In this document: positions 1 to 12,900 of the stretch, piece by piece
Layout of the letters: every line of letters begins with the position of its first letter
Numbering within the stretch: position 1 is the stretch's first letter
Assembly: GCF_006345805.1 (NCBI RefSeq)
Contig: NC_043004.1
Span: forward strand, 24,242,001 to 24,306,000
From: Octopus sinensis
Taxonomy: Eukaryota
Direction of reading: 5' to 3'
DNA length: 64,000 nt
Translations under genes and position numbers: made by a program
The notes under the pieces: generated by a model
Told to the model about the DNA's origin: nothing
Database searches by the model: none
Seen by the model: the letters and a program-made list of their open reading frames with translations, nothing else

Positions 1-64
1 TTTGTTTTGTTAGCAGAGGAAGTCTACATAGCTAAAGCTATAAAAGCTATAATCTTTTCTACTA

Positions 65-262
65 AAGGCCTAATAGTTTTGGTGAGTGAGGACTAGTCGA
101 TCCCAGTGCTTAACTGGTATTTAATTTATCGGCTCAGAAAGGATGAACGGCACGGTCGACCTCGGTGGAATTTGAACTTACAATGTTAAGTGCCGGGAGA
201 ACTGCTGCTGCTGAACTTTTTTCGTCCGGCACGACAACGCTTCAGCCAGCTCACTGCCTTAA
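65..262 (-). mobile_element. tRNA-derived SINE (octopus OK-like family), diverged
   Basis: Contains gtcgacctcggtggaatttgaact (B-box region, reverse strand) and gccagctcactgcctt (head), matching other copies in the window. Confidence 0.8.
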
Positions 263-389
263 CTAAAGATATAACGATATAACAACGTGTAATTATTTAG
301 TTAAAATAAAAAGAAAAACATCCGTTTGGATAGGAAAAGTTAAAGGTTCTTTTTCTTTTTTTTTTAGAGTGCCGTACAAAATAGATAAT

Positions 390-556
390 GGTATTTTTCC
401 TGATTCGTTACATTCTGAGTCAAATTCCGCCACATTCAACTTAACCTGTCATCCCTCCAGGTTCCATAAAATAAGTACCAGTTGATCATGAGAGTCGATG
501 TACTCGACGTATCTCCTCTCTCTAAAATTCCTAACCTTGTGCCAAGATTTGAAACC
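390..556 (+). mobile_element. Partial OK-like SINE
   Basis: cattctgagtcaaattccgcc...ataaaataagtaccagttg...gtcgatg...ccttgtgccaagatttgaaac. Confidence 0.7.
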
Positions 557-1851
557 TGTATTGTTTCATTTTCATTTTATTTAAAGCAAAATATATAGAA
601 GAGATTGTGCAAGTATAGGAATCAGACGAATTTATTCGAAGTTCCATTAAATATTTACTGATAAAATCAGGTTACAATTAATTTAAAGTTTTGTATATTC
701 TGAGCTTGTGAAATATTTGGTATTTCAGCTGATGTTATTCTTTACACGATCTTCGATTTTCATTTTTTATTGTTTCAGATTAAAGAAAATCTTTAGTTAA
801 TTTTATAATTGCTGTGCTTAACAAATTCCTTGTAATCACTTTTGTAATAGAACACCAGAAAATTTAGTTTGAAACATAAATTAATGAATTATTATCTCCA
901 AATCAGCAGATGCTACCTACGAATGGCGTCAGCACTAAATTCCTTATCATTACTTCACTATACGCTGTTGTTGCTGTTGGTATGTTATATAATCACAGAT
1001 CATATAATGAAAAGACTCCTAACTGTAACAATCACGCATCTTTACCTTATAAACAACTGTATTTTATAGAAGGCAGGATGTTATTTGGAGGATACGTCGT
1101 TGCTATTTTAGCACGGTCAATAACTACTAGTTTGTCAGTAAATGTTATTACAAATTAAAGAAGCTTAAAAACGGCAATAGCTTTCACTGTGACTCACAAT
1201 GTGCAGGGATTAACGCAGAAGATGCACTGACTACATATCTGCAGAAGGAATATCGATAGAGACGAACGAGGCAAATCGGTGTTAAGGCTTGCAGTAGATT
1301 GAACGCTGACAAAGTGAGCCGGAGCCAAGTATATGTGCAAAAGAAGGTGGTGTGCTGAGTCTATCAAACAAAAATTTAGCCTAATATACACTCCTGTTTT
1401 TCATCGCAAGTTAAGTTAGGCTCGTCATTTTATCGCTTCTATTGTAAAGCTTTTATACCAAGGTGACAATGTTCTTGTGGGACTAAATGTCTTTCTTTGT
1501 AGAAATCACATACAGACACAGATATAAAGCACCCACATTGTCCTGTCACATACACAGTGGTTGGTTACAAAGAGATAACCAAGCAAACAAAGCGGGCACA
1601 CACACTCACATAGAACATTTACACGTATACACACATGGGCACAGGCACTTAAACATACCAGTACACACATAACAGAACAAGAGTAAAGTGTCGTATTTTC
1701 ATTCCTCCGAAATACCATGTAATCTGTATGCATATACATATACACACTCTCTCACCCATCTCTCTCTCCCTCTCACGCACACACATTCACAAAAACACAC
1801 ACACACACACAGAGATACACACGCAGACGCATGCGCAGATAGATACATATC

Positions 1852-2250
1852 CTTTTTTACTCTGTGCAGAAGGCCCAAAATTTTGGAGGAGGGGACCAGT
1901 CGATTAGACTGACCACAGTACGCATCTGGTACTTAATTTATCGACCCTGCAAGAATGAAAGGCAAAGTCGACCTCGGCGGAATTTGAACGCAGAACGTAG
2001 CGGCAGAAGAAATGCCTATTTTTTTACTACCCACGAGGGGCTAAACACAGAGAGGACAAACAAAGACAGAGAAACAGATTAATTCGATTATATCGAGCCC
2101 AGTGCGTAACTGGTACTTATTTAATCGACCTCGAAAGGATGAAAGGCAAAGTCGACCTCGGCGGAATTTGAACTCAGAACGTAGCGGCAGACGAAATACC
2201 GCTAAGCATTTCGCCCGGCTTGCTAACGTTTCTACCAGTTCGCTGCCTTA
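1852..2250 (-). mobile_element. OK-like SINE with internally duplicated ~190-nt module
   Basis: Two copies of gaaaggcaaagtcgacctcggcggaatttgaac separated by the ggggctaaacacagagaggacaaac module. Head is at cgctgcctt. Confidence 0.9.
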
Positions 2251-2253
2251 AAA

Positions 2254-2653
2254 TTCTTCTCTATTCTAGGCACGAAACCCGAACTTTGGGGGAAGAGAGA
2301 CAGTCGATTAGATCGGCCCTAGTACACAACTGGTACTTAATTTATCAACCCCGCAAGAATGAAAGGCAAAGTCGACCTCGGCGGAATTTGGATTTAGAGC
2401 TTAAAGACAGACGAAATACCTATTTCTTTACTGCCCATAAGGGGCTAAACACAGAGAGGACAAACGAGGACAGACAAAAGGATTAAGCCGATTATATCGA
2501 CCCCAGTGCGTAACTGGTACTTAATTTATCGAGCCCGAAAGGATGAAAGGCAAAGTTGACCTCGGCGGAATTTGAACTCAGAACGTAACGGCAGACGAAA
2601 TACTGCTAAGCATTTCGCCCGGCGTGCTAACGTTCCTGCCAGCCCGCCGCCTT
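2254..2653 (-). mobile_element. OK-like SINE with internally duplicated module, head-to-tail with the previous copy
   Basis: Same two-module organisation, ending gccagcccgccgcctt. Confidence 0.9.
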
Positions 2654-3464
2654 TTATTCTGTATATACCTATTCCAACTCAACATCTCACCAAATTCTAT
2701 TGCATATCTACGATTTGTTTATTTGATGGTTGGATTGATAGGTTAAATTACGTGAATATAAAACTTGGATTAAGTTAAAATATTTAAGCCTGGCAAAAGG
2801 TGATTAAATACGAATTCCCAGGTTATGAGAATTAACAACGATCAGATTATTAAACTAAAGCTATTAAAATGTAGAGTACAGAGAATTGCATATTAAATAT
2901 TAAATCATGTATGTTTAGTGCTGCTGCGGAGCAAATCTCGTGCTATCTGACCTTACCGATTGTAAGTTACTGCTATGCTCAGTATTAAATATTTCGTTGC
3001 TATTAAGAATAGCAAATTGTTATTCAACATCAGTATTAAGTTTGGCAGTAATTAAAATGATTGCAACGTGGTAACATATTTAAGAACATATCTGTTGTAG
3101 TCAGTATAGAGAAAGAATTTTATATGCATATGCATATATGTGCGGTTTAATGAAGTCATATAAAGATATATGCATGTAAATATATATGCGTATGTATATC
3201 TTTTGTTTTTGTGTGTTTAAGTAATTGGACGGCGGCCGTGTTGGGGCACAGCCTTGAAGGGTTTTAGTTGAAGAATCGACTCCCAGCACTTAGAGTATCG
3301 GTTGCTTACGGGGACGTAAACCAACCAACACCAGTTGTAAGGTAATTAGTTATAAATACACACACATATATATAATATGTATTTTTTCATTTATTTCTTC
3401 ATTTATTTATTCATTGAACGACACGTAACCTTTGTCGGCAGTAAGTTTCTACAATTATAGATAA

Positions 3465-4330
3465 CTAGCATTATGACCCGGCGTTGCCGGGTCATAGTGC
3501 TAGTTTGGTATAAATTTGATAAAATAAAATTTGATAAAATAACGTAACAAAATAATTACATCTAACATCGTCTTTTGCATACCTTCCAGCCGCTATTGCA
3601 CATATTATCATTCGATATCTATCATATTCTATGGCAAATTTTCCAGTTTCTATGACACAGATTACCATCTACTATTACAGACCTTTATTTCTTGATTGCC
3701 CACAAGGGGCTAAGCATAGAGGGGTCAAACAAGGACAGACAAACGGATTAAGTCGATTATATCGACCCCAGTGCGTAACTAGTACTTAATTTATTAACCC
3801 CGAAAGGATGAAAGGCAAAGTCGACCTCGGCGGAATTTGAACTCAGAACGTAACGGCAGACGAAATACCTATTTCTTTACTACCCACAAGGGGCTAAACA
3901 CAGAGAGGACAAACAAGGACAGACAAACGGATTAAGTCGATTATATCGACCCAGTGCGTAACCGGTACTTAAGTTATCGACCCCGAAAGGATGAAAGGCA
4001 AAGTCGACCTCGGCGGAATTTGAACTCAGAACGTAATGACAGACGAAACGTTGCTAAACATTTTGCCCGACGTGCTAACATTTCTGCCAGCTCGCCGCCT
4101 CTACTATTACAGACCTTATCATCTTCAATTACATGTCTTATCAACTATTAATACACAAATTGTATAAGCATGTAAATTAACTACATCAATTACTTATTAA
4201 CTGCTTCAAAGTATCTTCCATTTTTTCTTTGATAGTCGCTAGCAACTGCCGCTAGCCGTTTGAACGCTGATAAAGAGAGCTGGAGCCAAGTATATGTGCA
4301 AAACAAGTATAGCTAAGTATATGTGTCGTT
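3465..4330 (-). mobile_element. Helitron-like element 3' portion (interrupted by a SINE)
   Basis: ctagcattatgacccggcgttgccgggtcatagtgctagtttggtataaattt at 3465 is identical to 17948 (hairpin + CTAG|T on minus). 4260-4315 resembles 1299-1345. The 5' boundary was not found, so the right-hand coordinate is approximate. Confidence 0.6.
3686..4100 (-). mobile_element. OK-like SINE with 17-bp target site duplication
   Basis: TSD CTACTATTACAGACCTT at 3669-3685 and 4101-4117. Internal module repeated (cccacaaggggctaa at ~3700 and ~3883). Confidence 0.92.
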
Positions 4331-4659
4331 TTCTGTTTTCAACGTAGATGAATATTTCATTATATTAAAACATGCTATGTATGGTATCAAGTGCGCTACT
4401 ACGTATTTCCAGTTTCTATTTAATTGGTCACTATGGGTGCCCAACACTAAAATTTTGTGTAAGTATGGATATCTTTAATTAGCTTTCCTGATATAATAAC
4501 CGCAACGTTACTGTAAGTAAAATATTTCGACCGAAAATGATTTCCTTAGATCATTATATTAGCATATCTTAACGCATGTTTGCTTCCTTATCTTTTAGTT
4601 GCAATTGTTCCATAATTCTGCAATGCTCATTATTTCGAATAACATACATATGTACATGC

Positions 4660-4711
4660 ATGCATACATACATACATACATACATACATACATACATACA
4701 TACATACATAC

Positions 4712-4747
<36 letters not shown>

Positions 4748-4807
4748 GTGTGTGTGTGTGTGTTTACTTGTGTATATGTATATGTATATATATGTACACA
4801 CACAGAT

Positions 4808-4900
<93 letters not shown>
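4660..4900. repeat. Compound (TACA)n/(TG)n/(TA)n microsatellite, representative of dozens in the window
   Basis: Directly visible. Similar tracts lie at ~8140, 9060-9300, 24100, 27330-27670, 28830, 44200-45890, 50370-50650, 52030-52140, 57250-58100, 60155-60230 and 60530-60600. Confidence 0.95.
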
Positions 4901-4902
<2 letters not shown>

Positions 4903-7900
4903 TTATATTATCATATTTTATTATATATAGTTTCTCTCTTTCGTATTTCTGTATCATTGAGTTTTTGTTAATCTTAAATATACCGCTACGTTCTTCTTTT
5001 TACCCAATATTTCATTTCAGATTTTATTTTTAATGCAATGCAATTCGGTTGTCTCTATATACACTTCCTATGTAATAATAATATTTTCCTTACGTTCCTG
5101 TGCAATAGTATAATTTTTATGCATAGTTTCTATGCAATAATATAGATTTAATATGCAGTTTCTATGCAATGATACTGTCTTTTTACACGGTGTATTCTTC
5201 TCTGAGTATTTATTGATTATATACTTCAGCAATAAATGGAGAAATCAGAAAACTACAAATGCAATGAGCTCGGCTCACCTGATACAATGTTATTCCATGG
5301 TCATATTTGATACAGTAGAATACGACCTGCCATTATTGATATGGCAAAGATTGTGGCGTGAATATTTCGTCATCCTTCATGCAGGAAAACAGATATTCAT
5401 ATTCGAACGCTAATCTACTTGCTGGACCTAAGCATCGAAACTATAGAATAAGTTAAAATATTACAATGAGATGCACGAGTCTATGTTAACACTCCTTTTC
5501 CAGTACAATTGGTTGTGGAAGAGTGAGGTAATTTTAACTCCCTCGACTTAATGACACCCAGCTGTCACATAGATATGGAAGAGAAAGAAATAATGACTTT
5601 GTAGCAGAAACTGTTGGAGATTTAACCATTGGGAGCTAAAGAGTAAAACAACAGTCAAAAGATCACTTTCTCACTTTCCGTTTCAGTCTCTGTTTCCGTT
5701 TCCCTCTCCCCCCTCTCACTCACACACACACACAAACACACACACATATATACACACACACGCACATGCACAAACACATATGCCGATTGCAAATGTTAAT
5801 AGTCAACGAACCTTTTGTGATTTAGATGAAATCTTGTCAAATAGAGAAGGAACATAAGAATGACTTGACACAAAACGCTATGTCTGTTTGCCTGTTGAAT
5901 TGATCTCAGGATTAGTCAAGTGGTATGGGATATACACCTGCCCCGCGAGCAAACAGGTTGTTATTCATTCAGTGCGCTCTCGAAAGAGTCAGTAGGGGAA
6001 ATTCTAGCATGTGTGGTACATCCAGAAACCAGTGCAAATCATACGAAGGATGTGGCAAGGTAACGAACACAGTTATACAACAGTACATGGACTGCTACAA
6101 GGCAAGTGCTACTCTCAAGAGACACTGACACTTTTACTGACTTCAATAATTCTTTGTTATCTTTGTAAATGATACGGGAATGCTATGCGAAAAGAGGACA
6201 CGAAAACGATATGTTGTGGGTCGCGGGTGGTAGGAACTTCCATACAGTGCTGTCACAAAACAAGGACACACTAGCAGCTGAGGTCTCTTGTACCTAGAGG
6301 CCCAAAACTAATCAATGTGTTTGCTGTACCTTGCGGACAAGGAATACATTTATGAATTACTGTGCTTTGCTTTCTCGTGTAGAATTATAATACTGTTTAA
6401 GATGAGCCTAATTACTTCCCTACTGATTAAAAGAAATAATAATAAAACAATTCAGAGCAATGCCCCATGGTAGGTGCAGAGGTAAAAGCAAGTATTGCAG
6501 AAAATGAAACCGCTGCACTTGTGATCATATGAGCTACTTGAAAGATTCTGATTCGTGTACCTTCAAAGGAAGAAAAAGAGAGCAGTGAATAGCGGTAGTC
6601 AGCAATAGAATAATCAGTGATAATAACAGGACATGATTGCTGCTGATCCCATAACAGTAATAGTTGAACCTCACGGAGCAACAATGAGAAAACTCGAAAA
6701 GTCATCGATCAAGTTCCCTTTCTTCGGTCACAACCAGTAGTGCTATGTTGTTATTTTAAGAAAAAAATGTGGAGAGTATGGAATGCGAACATGGGACAGT
6801 GCAAAGTTGGAAAGGCACGAATACAGACAAAAGTAAAATCAGCTCTAAGAGACAGTATCAAGAATAGAAAAAGGGATGTTCTCTCTTCGCCAGAACAAAC
6901 AGAAATGTAGAAACTACACACCCTCTTGGATCCCAGGACATTCACACAAAGTAAATATATTTAATGAGGAATTGATGAATGAAGTGTACAATGAGAGGCA
7001 ACTGGAATGAAAGCGAAAGTATGAGTGAAAGAATGGGTGCAATGCACATAGAACACACAGGAAATAAAGTTTTGGTGGACAGTTTATTGGTAGATGTACC
7101 TGAGCTATTAGAAGGGCGTAGGCCCCATTATCTGAAATGTTCACTAGCGTATTCGGATTGGAACAATCTGAAAAACAGATGTGCAGAGTTGTGGAGGTTC
7201 ATTGATATGGTATATATAGTGGATGACTGAATGGTTTGTACAAAGGATTGCTACAGAAAGGATTCTGCGAGAAGCTCCTGTTAAGAATGTAGTGACGTTA
7301 AACTAAGTAGTAGAATGCATCTGTCATCCAACGTATTCAAAGTAAACTCAGCTCCACTTGGAACTGAACTCAAAATGTAAAGAGATATAGATAAATACCA
7401 AACATCATTAAAGTTAACGCTCAACCGTCTCTGCTTTTCATTGACGTCAAGAACCACAACATAACGATGCGCATTTCAATACATTTAACAGACATTATGC
7501 ATGCATACAAGCAAACATTATTCTATAATATACTTTGATGAATGTAATGAAACGAGAATGCTTAACATATCAGAAAGAAAAAGTAAGTACAGCCGACAGA
7601 AATTGGTTCAGAACTTGCAAGAACGTAAAAGTTAATATTCTTTCTTTCACGTTTTACTTCTTTGACTGTTTCTTTATACTTTTTATTTAATTTCATTCTA
7701 TTTTATTTTATTTTTGTGCATTGTCCTTTTCATTCCACTTTCGTTTTGAACCAATCTACTGAACACTGTTCAGTTTAGCTGGTTCTCTCTAGGTTTGGAT
7801 TTGCCTCTGGCAAAATAGTTTTACCTGACTGAACTATATATCTCAAACAACTATGTGTGTATATACATATAGACTATTTTCTTCTTCCAAGCCTTTGCAT

Positions 7901-8145
7901 GTGTGTCTGTATTTGTGCGTGTGTGTCTGTGGTTGAGCATATGTGTAATTTAATGCTTGAGATTATCTCCCTTTCTTGTTCTCAATTCCTAATAGGCGTT
8001 TGTTTACTTTCTCTCGCAGCGACTGTAATTTCTGTACATCAAGAAATGATCTTGTACGGTATTTTACAAGACCTGTAATTTTCTTGTTGAAATGCACGCC
8101 ACAGGCCATTCTAAGTTATTTCTCTTAGTGCAATTATATATATAT

Positions 8146-8179
<34 letters not shown>

Positions 8180-8352
8180 AAATTATCTAGTTATAATATA
8201 CACAGATATATATGTTTGTATGTGTGTGTTTATGTGCGAGCGTGTGTGTGTCTGTTTGTGTGCGCTCGTCTGTGTGTGTGTACATGGTTAGTACACGTTA
8301 CTCTGTACGCATATATACACATATGCACACACATATATAAATATATATAACG

Positions 8353-8387
<35 letters not shown>

Positions 8388-9061
8388 TTGCAAAGTACAT
8401 CCACTTCTAAGACACACGCACACCACAAACACCTTTATATTTGAAGTTTATTCACTTCAAATAACTCTTAGATGTCTTTTTTTATCTTTATATTTCTAAC
8501 ATGGTTGCATTGAATTGTGAAAGTGTCTGATGCTATTACATCTCATTCATAAAACTAATGAATAGACGAGTAAATCGTTGCAAAATCTTTTGAATTTTCT
8601 TGTTTAGATTTTAATAGCGAAAATAAAGATACCTGTATGTCATTTGTTCGTATCTTAGCTGTAATTGTATACGAAGTGAACTACAAATGTCATGACATAG
8701 AAATGTAAGCTGAAATTAAATACTGGATTGAACTCTCGTTTGAATGCTTTACAGTCGGTGTTGTCGTAGTTATGACTGTGGCTGTTGTTGTTGTTTTTTG
8801 TTTTGTTTTTTGCCCTTACTATCCCGTTTATTTTTTAGTTGCAGGGTGTGGGTTAATAGCAAACTGGTACTTATTGCTAGATTTCTAGCCCCACTTACCG
8901 GACTAAATTATATACGTGTGCGAAGGTGTGTATATTATTTGTGGGTTAACAATGCAACCAATAGTTTCATATGAAGAGAATTTCATAATTGTTCCAGTGT
9001 ACCACATGGAGGTGTTGGTACTCATCCCAAGTGTGTGTATGTGTGTATGTATATGTGTTAT

Positions 9062-9127
<66 letters not shown>

Positions 9128-9226
9128 CATATGTATGTATGTATGTTTGTATGTGTATATAAATATATATATATACATACATATGTATATATATGTATAT
9201 ATGCGTATATATACATATATATTGAG

Positions 9227-9299
<73 letters not shown>

Positions 9300-9804
9300 T
9301 ACATACACATATATTATATATAACCGCTTCTGATTTACGTCATTAAATATAGATACGGAAATCAGAAACGAATGCACCTGTCAATATGTTAATTTGGTCT
9401 TGGTTTAACTCAAATATTCCCAATCCGCGTGGTGCAGCTTTAATTAAAATTGTCATGTATCCATGTCATATATAAACCCACTAGTCATTTAAGGCCCTTT
9501 GAGACTTAACATATCCTTAATATAAATTTCATCGTCGTCCAGCTAATTTAATGATATAGACTAGATTAACAAATGTTGGAATTATTCCTTTTAAATGTTT
9601 TATAAGTATAATAGTGCAGCCTCCTTACTATTCTACCATAGAAGTTATAGCCAAATATTATTTCAATCTTCTCCCAAATCCATTCGTTGGAGAGAAGCAA
9701 TTTGATTGTATAATATAGGTGAATTTGATCTATCCTGGCGACGTTCGGCGACTTCAGATTACTTTTCAGTCCTTATGCTTTTTATCGATATTATATAAGA
9801 ATGC

Positions 9805-10010
9805 CAGGTAACGAGCCGACACAATCATTAGCACGCCGAGCAAAATGCTTAGACATTTCGCCTGTCTGCACGTTCCTGATTTCAAATTCCACTAGGGTCG
9901 ACCTTAACTTTCACCCCTTTTGGGGTCGATAAAATAAGTACCAGTTGAGCACTAGTTTCAATGTAATCGACGTGACCCCATCACCGAAACTGCTGACCAA
10001 AATTTGAAAC
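9805..10010 (+). mobile_element. OK-like SINE, diverged
   Basis: ttagcacgccgagcaaaatgctta...ttcaaattccac...ggggtcgataaaataagtaccagttgagc. Confidence 0.8.
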
Positions 10011-10691
10011 CTATTTAGTAAGATGAGGAAGCACAACATTCATAGACATTTTTTCTGACCTTCTGAGACTTGAGCGCGGAAGATGGCATTTATCCTCTGA
10101 GACGAAACATTTTCTAAATAATTGCAACATTAGAGACAGTACTTAACTTACTCAATCGTGATATAGCAGAGTTAAATCAAGGTACGTATGGTGTATAGTA
10201 CTAAAGAACAGAAACAGAGCAGACAAATCTACTGTTTTTATTTCATTTACATAATCTTATGTCTCCGATGAGGATTTCCAAATGTGTAAAGTGAACATAT
10301 AATGGAAAATCATCACATAAAGCCAGATGATATTCTGCGCTAGAAAATGTTAGCATTAAGATTTCAAGATAACAATAAATACTGAAACAATTTAAAGAAT
10401 CAGTCGTAATAAAAAATATATCAACTGGTTTAAGACAGAGTTTACGGATGACTAAATGTTAATTTCTAACATGAGCAGAGTGACTGACATTTAAGAATCG
10501 GATATAATCGACTTTATCGACACCAGTATTTCACTGGTATAAAGTATTTCACTTTATTGTATTGACATCGGGGAGTTGAAAAGCAAGATTTGAACTCCAA
10601 ACGTAAAGGCTCGTGATTATATATTGCAAGACATTTTAACCAACACTCTAACGATTTATTGTGTATAATATATATTATGGTTCAAAGTCTT

Positions 10692-10915
10692 AAGGCGGAG
10701 AGGTAAAAGAATCGTTAGCATGCCGGACAAAATGCTTAGCGGTATACTCGTCCGTTTTTATGTTTTGAGTTCAAATTTCGCCAAAATCAACTTTGCCTTT
10801 CATCATTGGAGATCGACGAAATAATTACCAGTTGAGCGCTGGGGTCGATGTAATCGATTATCTCTCCCCACCACCAAACAAATTTCAGGCCTTGTGCATA
10901 TTGTTGAAAGGTATT
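10692..10915 (+). mobile_element. OK-like SINE, diverged (a degenerate opposite-strand copy lies at ~10480-10655)
   Basis: aaggcggag...gaatcgttagcatgccggacaaaatgcttagcgg...gagttcaaatttcgcc...ggggtcgatgtaatcga. Confidence 0.8.
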
Positions 10916-11559
10916 CTTTATGAAAGTGAAGTTCTATTTGGAATAAGAATCATTAATTTCCGTCACTCTTTGATTAACAATGGTGGTAACATCTGGATTA
11001 CTAGAGGCTAAAGTCATTTACATATTGATGGCATTGTTGTAACTGTGTAAAGGTGCTTGAAACATACTCCGACTTTGAATTATTCAGATTTACATCATTC
11101 GATTAAACTCATTAACTGAAGTATTTATTTATTTATTCCGTCGATTTACTAATAAGTGCAATATTTATCAGATAGTATTTAATGTCCGCAATTACAACAT
11201 GGCATGTCACTTAATGTGATACAGTATCTCAATAAAGACAGTAACCCTAACTTTGCAAGATCATAGAAATATTACTGAAGTGTGCATGCGGGTTCATATA
11301 AATATACATAGTATGTTGTTAATGTGTATATGCATGCATGTGTGTGTATGCGTTTGTGTGTGTGTGCATATTGCATGTGTATGTATGTGTGCACCTGGGT
11401 GTGTGCGTATTGTATGTGTATGTATGTGTGCTCCTGGGTGTGTGCGTGTGTGTGTATGTGTGTTAGTGTGTGTGTGTGTGTTTTTGTTTCTGTATTGATG
11501 TGTGTAGGTGAATACAATATAAGCGCGATATAGACAACGTAGAGTTATGCTACAATGTA

Positions 11560-12437
11560 TGAAAACTTAAATTTCAGGCTCTTCAAAATCATCTGTCCAA
11601 TGCATTTTGAAGCCTTGTAAATGGAAAAGTTACGTTTCAAGATTAGTCCATGTTGTTAGTGATGATGATCCAGACCGAAGAGTGCATTATTGCGAATGGT
11701 AATTGGTATGATGTGTAGGAAATGCACACTTTCCAACAAAGATTGTGTGGAGTAGTGAGGCGACATTCAAACTAAATAGTTCACTTAACCGCCACAGTTT
11801 CACCTACTGGAGACCTGAGAATCCGTATGTTATGGTAGAACACCATGTTAATTTACCAAGAGTTACAGTGTTGTGTGGCTTATCGTCAACAGGATTAATT
11901 AGCGCATTCTCTTTTGATGCTACTGTGACTGGTCCCGTTTACTTCAACTTGCTGCAACAATCTATCATGCCAAGAATTACAGAAAACTTTGAAGATGAGG
12001 AGTTTTATTTTCAGCAAGATGGGACACCTCCACACTACCATCGCGATGTTAGATCCTTCCTTGATGCCAGCAGGTGGATTGAACGAAGGGGTTTTGTTGA
12101 ATACCTTCCGCGTTGACCAGATCTCACATCACTAGACTTTTTATGGGGATACCTAAAAGACAAAGCCTGCGCTATGAAACCTGCAACAGTCGCTGATTTA
12201 AGAGCAGCCCTTGAACGACAATGCACACAAATACCAAACGAATTGTTTCGTGATGTTTGCGATTCCACTGTTTCACATTGTCAGCAATGCCTGGACCAGA
12301 ACGGACGTCAGGTGTTGACAGAACAATAAAATACTGTCTGTAGATTCTATTAAATTTTGAAAAGGAAATTTATTTTAATAAACACCCAGTTTACAGTTAT
12401 TTAAAGTGCGTATACATTTGGGGGGGGGGGCACCCTG
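11560..12437 (+). mobile_element. Tc1/mariner DD37D (maT-like) transposon fossil, 5'-truncated
   Basis: ORF 11745-12116 has [18 protein letters not shown] and [10 protein letters not shown], continuing to PR*PDLTSLDF..WGYLKDK with stops and frameshifts. Terminal gggg caccctg|ta at 12437. Confidence 0.88.
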
Positions 12438-12522
12438 TATATGTATGTATGAATGTATAAACTTTACTTATTTCTTGAATACAAAAAGGAGAAATCGGTA
12501 GGTTTAATATTATGGGTTTGAA

Positions 12523-12900
12523 GGTGGCGCACTGGTTGAAACGTTAGGACGCCAGGCGAAATGCTTAGCGGTATTTCGTCTGCCGCTACGTTCTGAGTTC
12601 AAATTCCGCCGAGGTCGACTTTGCCTTTCATCCTTTCGGGGTCGATTAAATAAGTACCAGTTACCCACTGGGGTAGATATAATCGACTTAATCCATTTGA
12701 CTGTCCTTGTTTATTCCTTCCGTGTTTAGCCCCTTGTGGGTAGTAAAAAAATAGGTATTTCGTCTGTCTTTATGTTCTGAGTTCAAATTCCACCGATGTC
12801 GACTTTGCCTTTCATCCTTACAGGGTGGATAAATACGAGGTCGATCTAATCGACTGGCCGTTCCCCCAAGATTTCGGGCCTTATGCCTAGAGAAGAAAAG
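12523..12900 (+). mobile_element. OK-like SINE, two modules, with 17-bp TSD
   Basis: TSD aatattatgggtt(t/c)gaa at 12506-12522 and 12901-12917. A box in tggttgaaacgttag, B box gagttcaaattcc. Confidence 0.92.

Noticed and set aside
4576-5033. ORFs rich in YI/HT/CV repeats here and throughout the track
   Set aside because: These are translations of (TA)n, (CA)n, (TACA)n and (GATA)n microsatellites, not genes.
5920-7270. Higher-complexity region, possibly an old LINE remnant or exon
   Set aside because: No diagnostic motif could be read in any frame.
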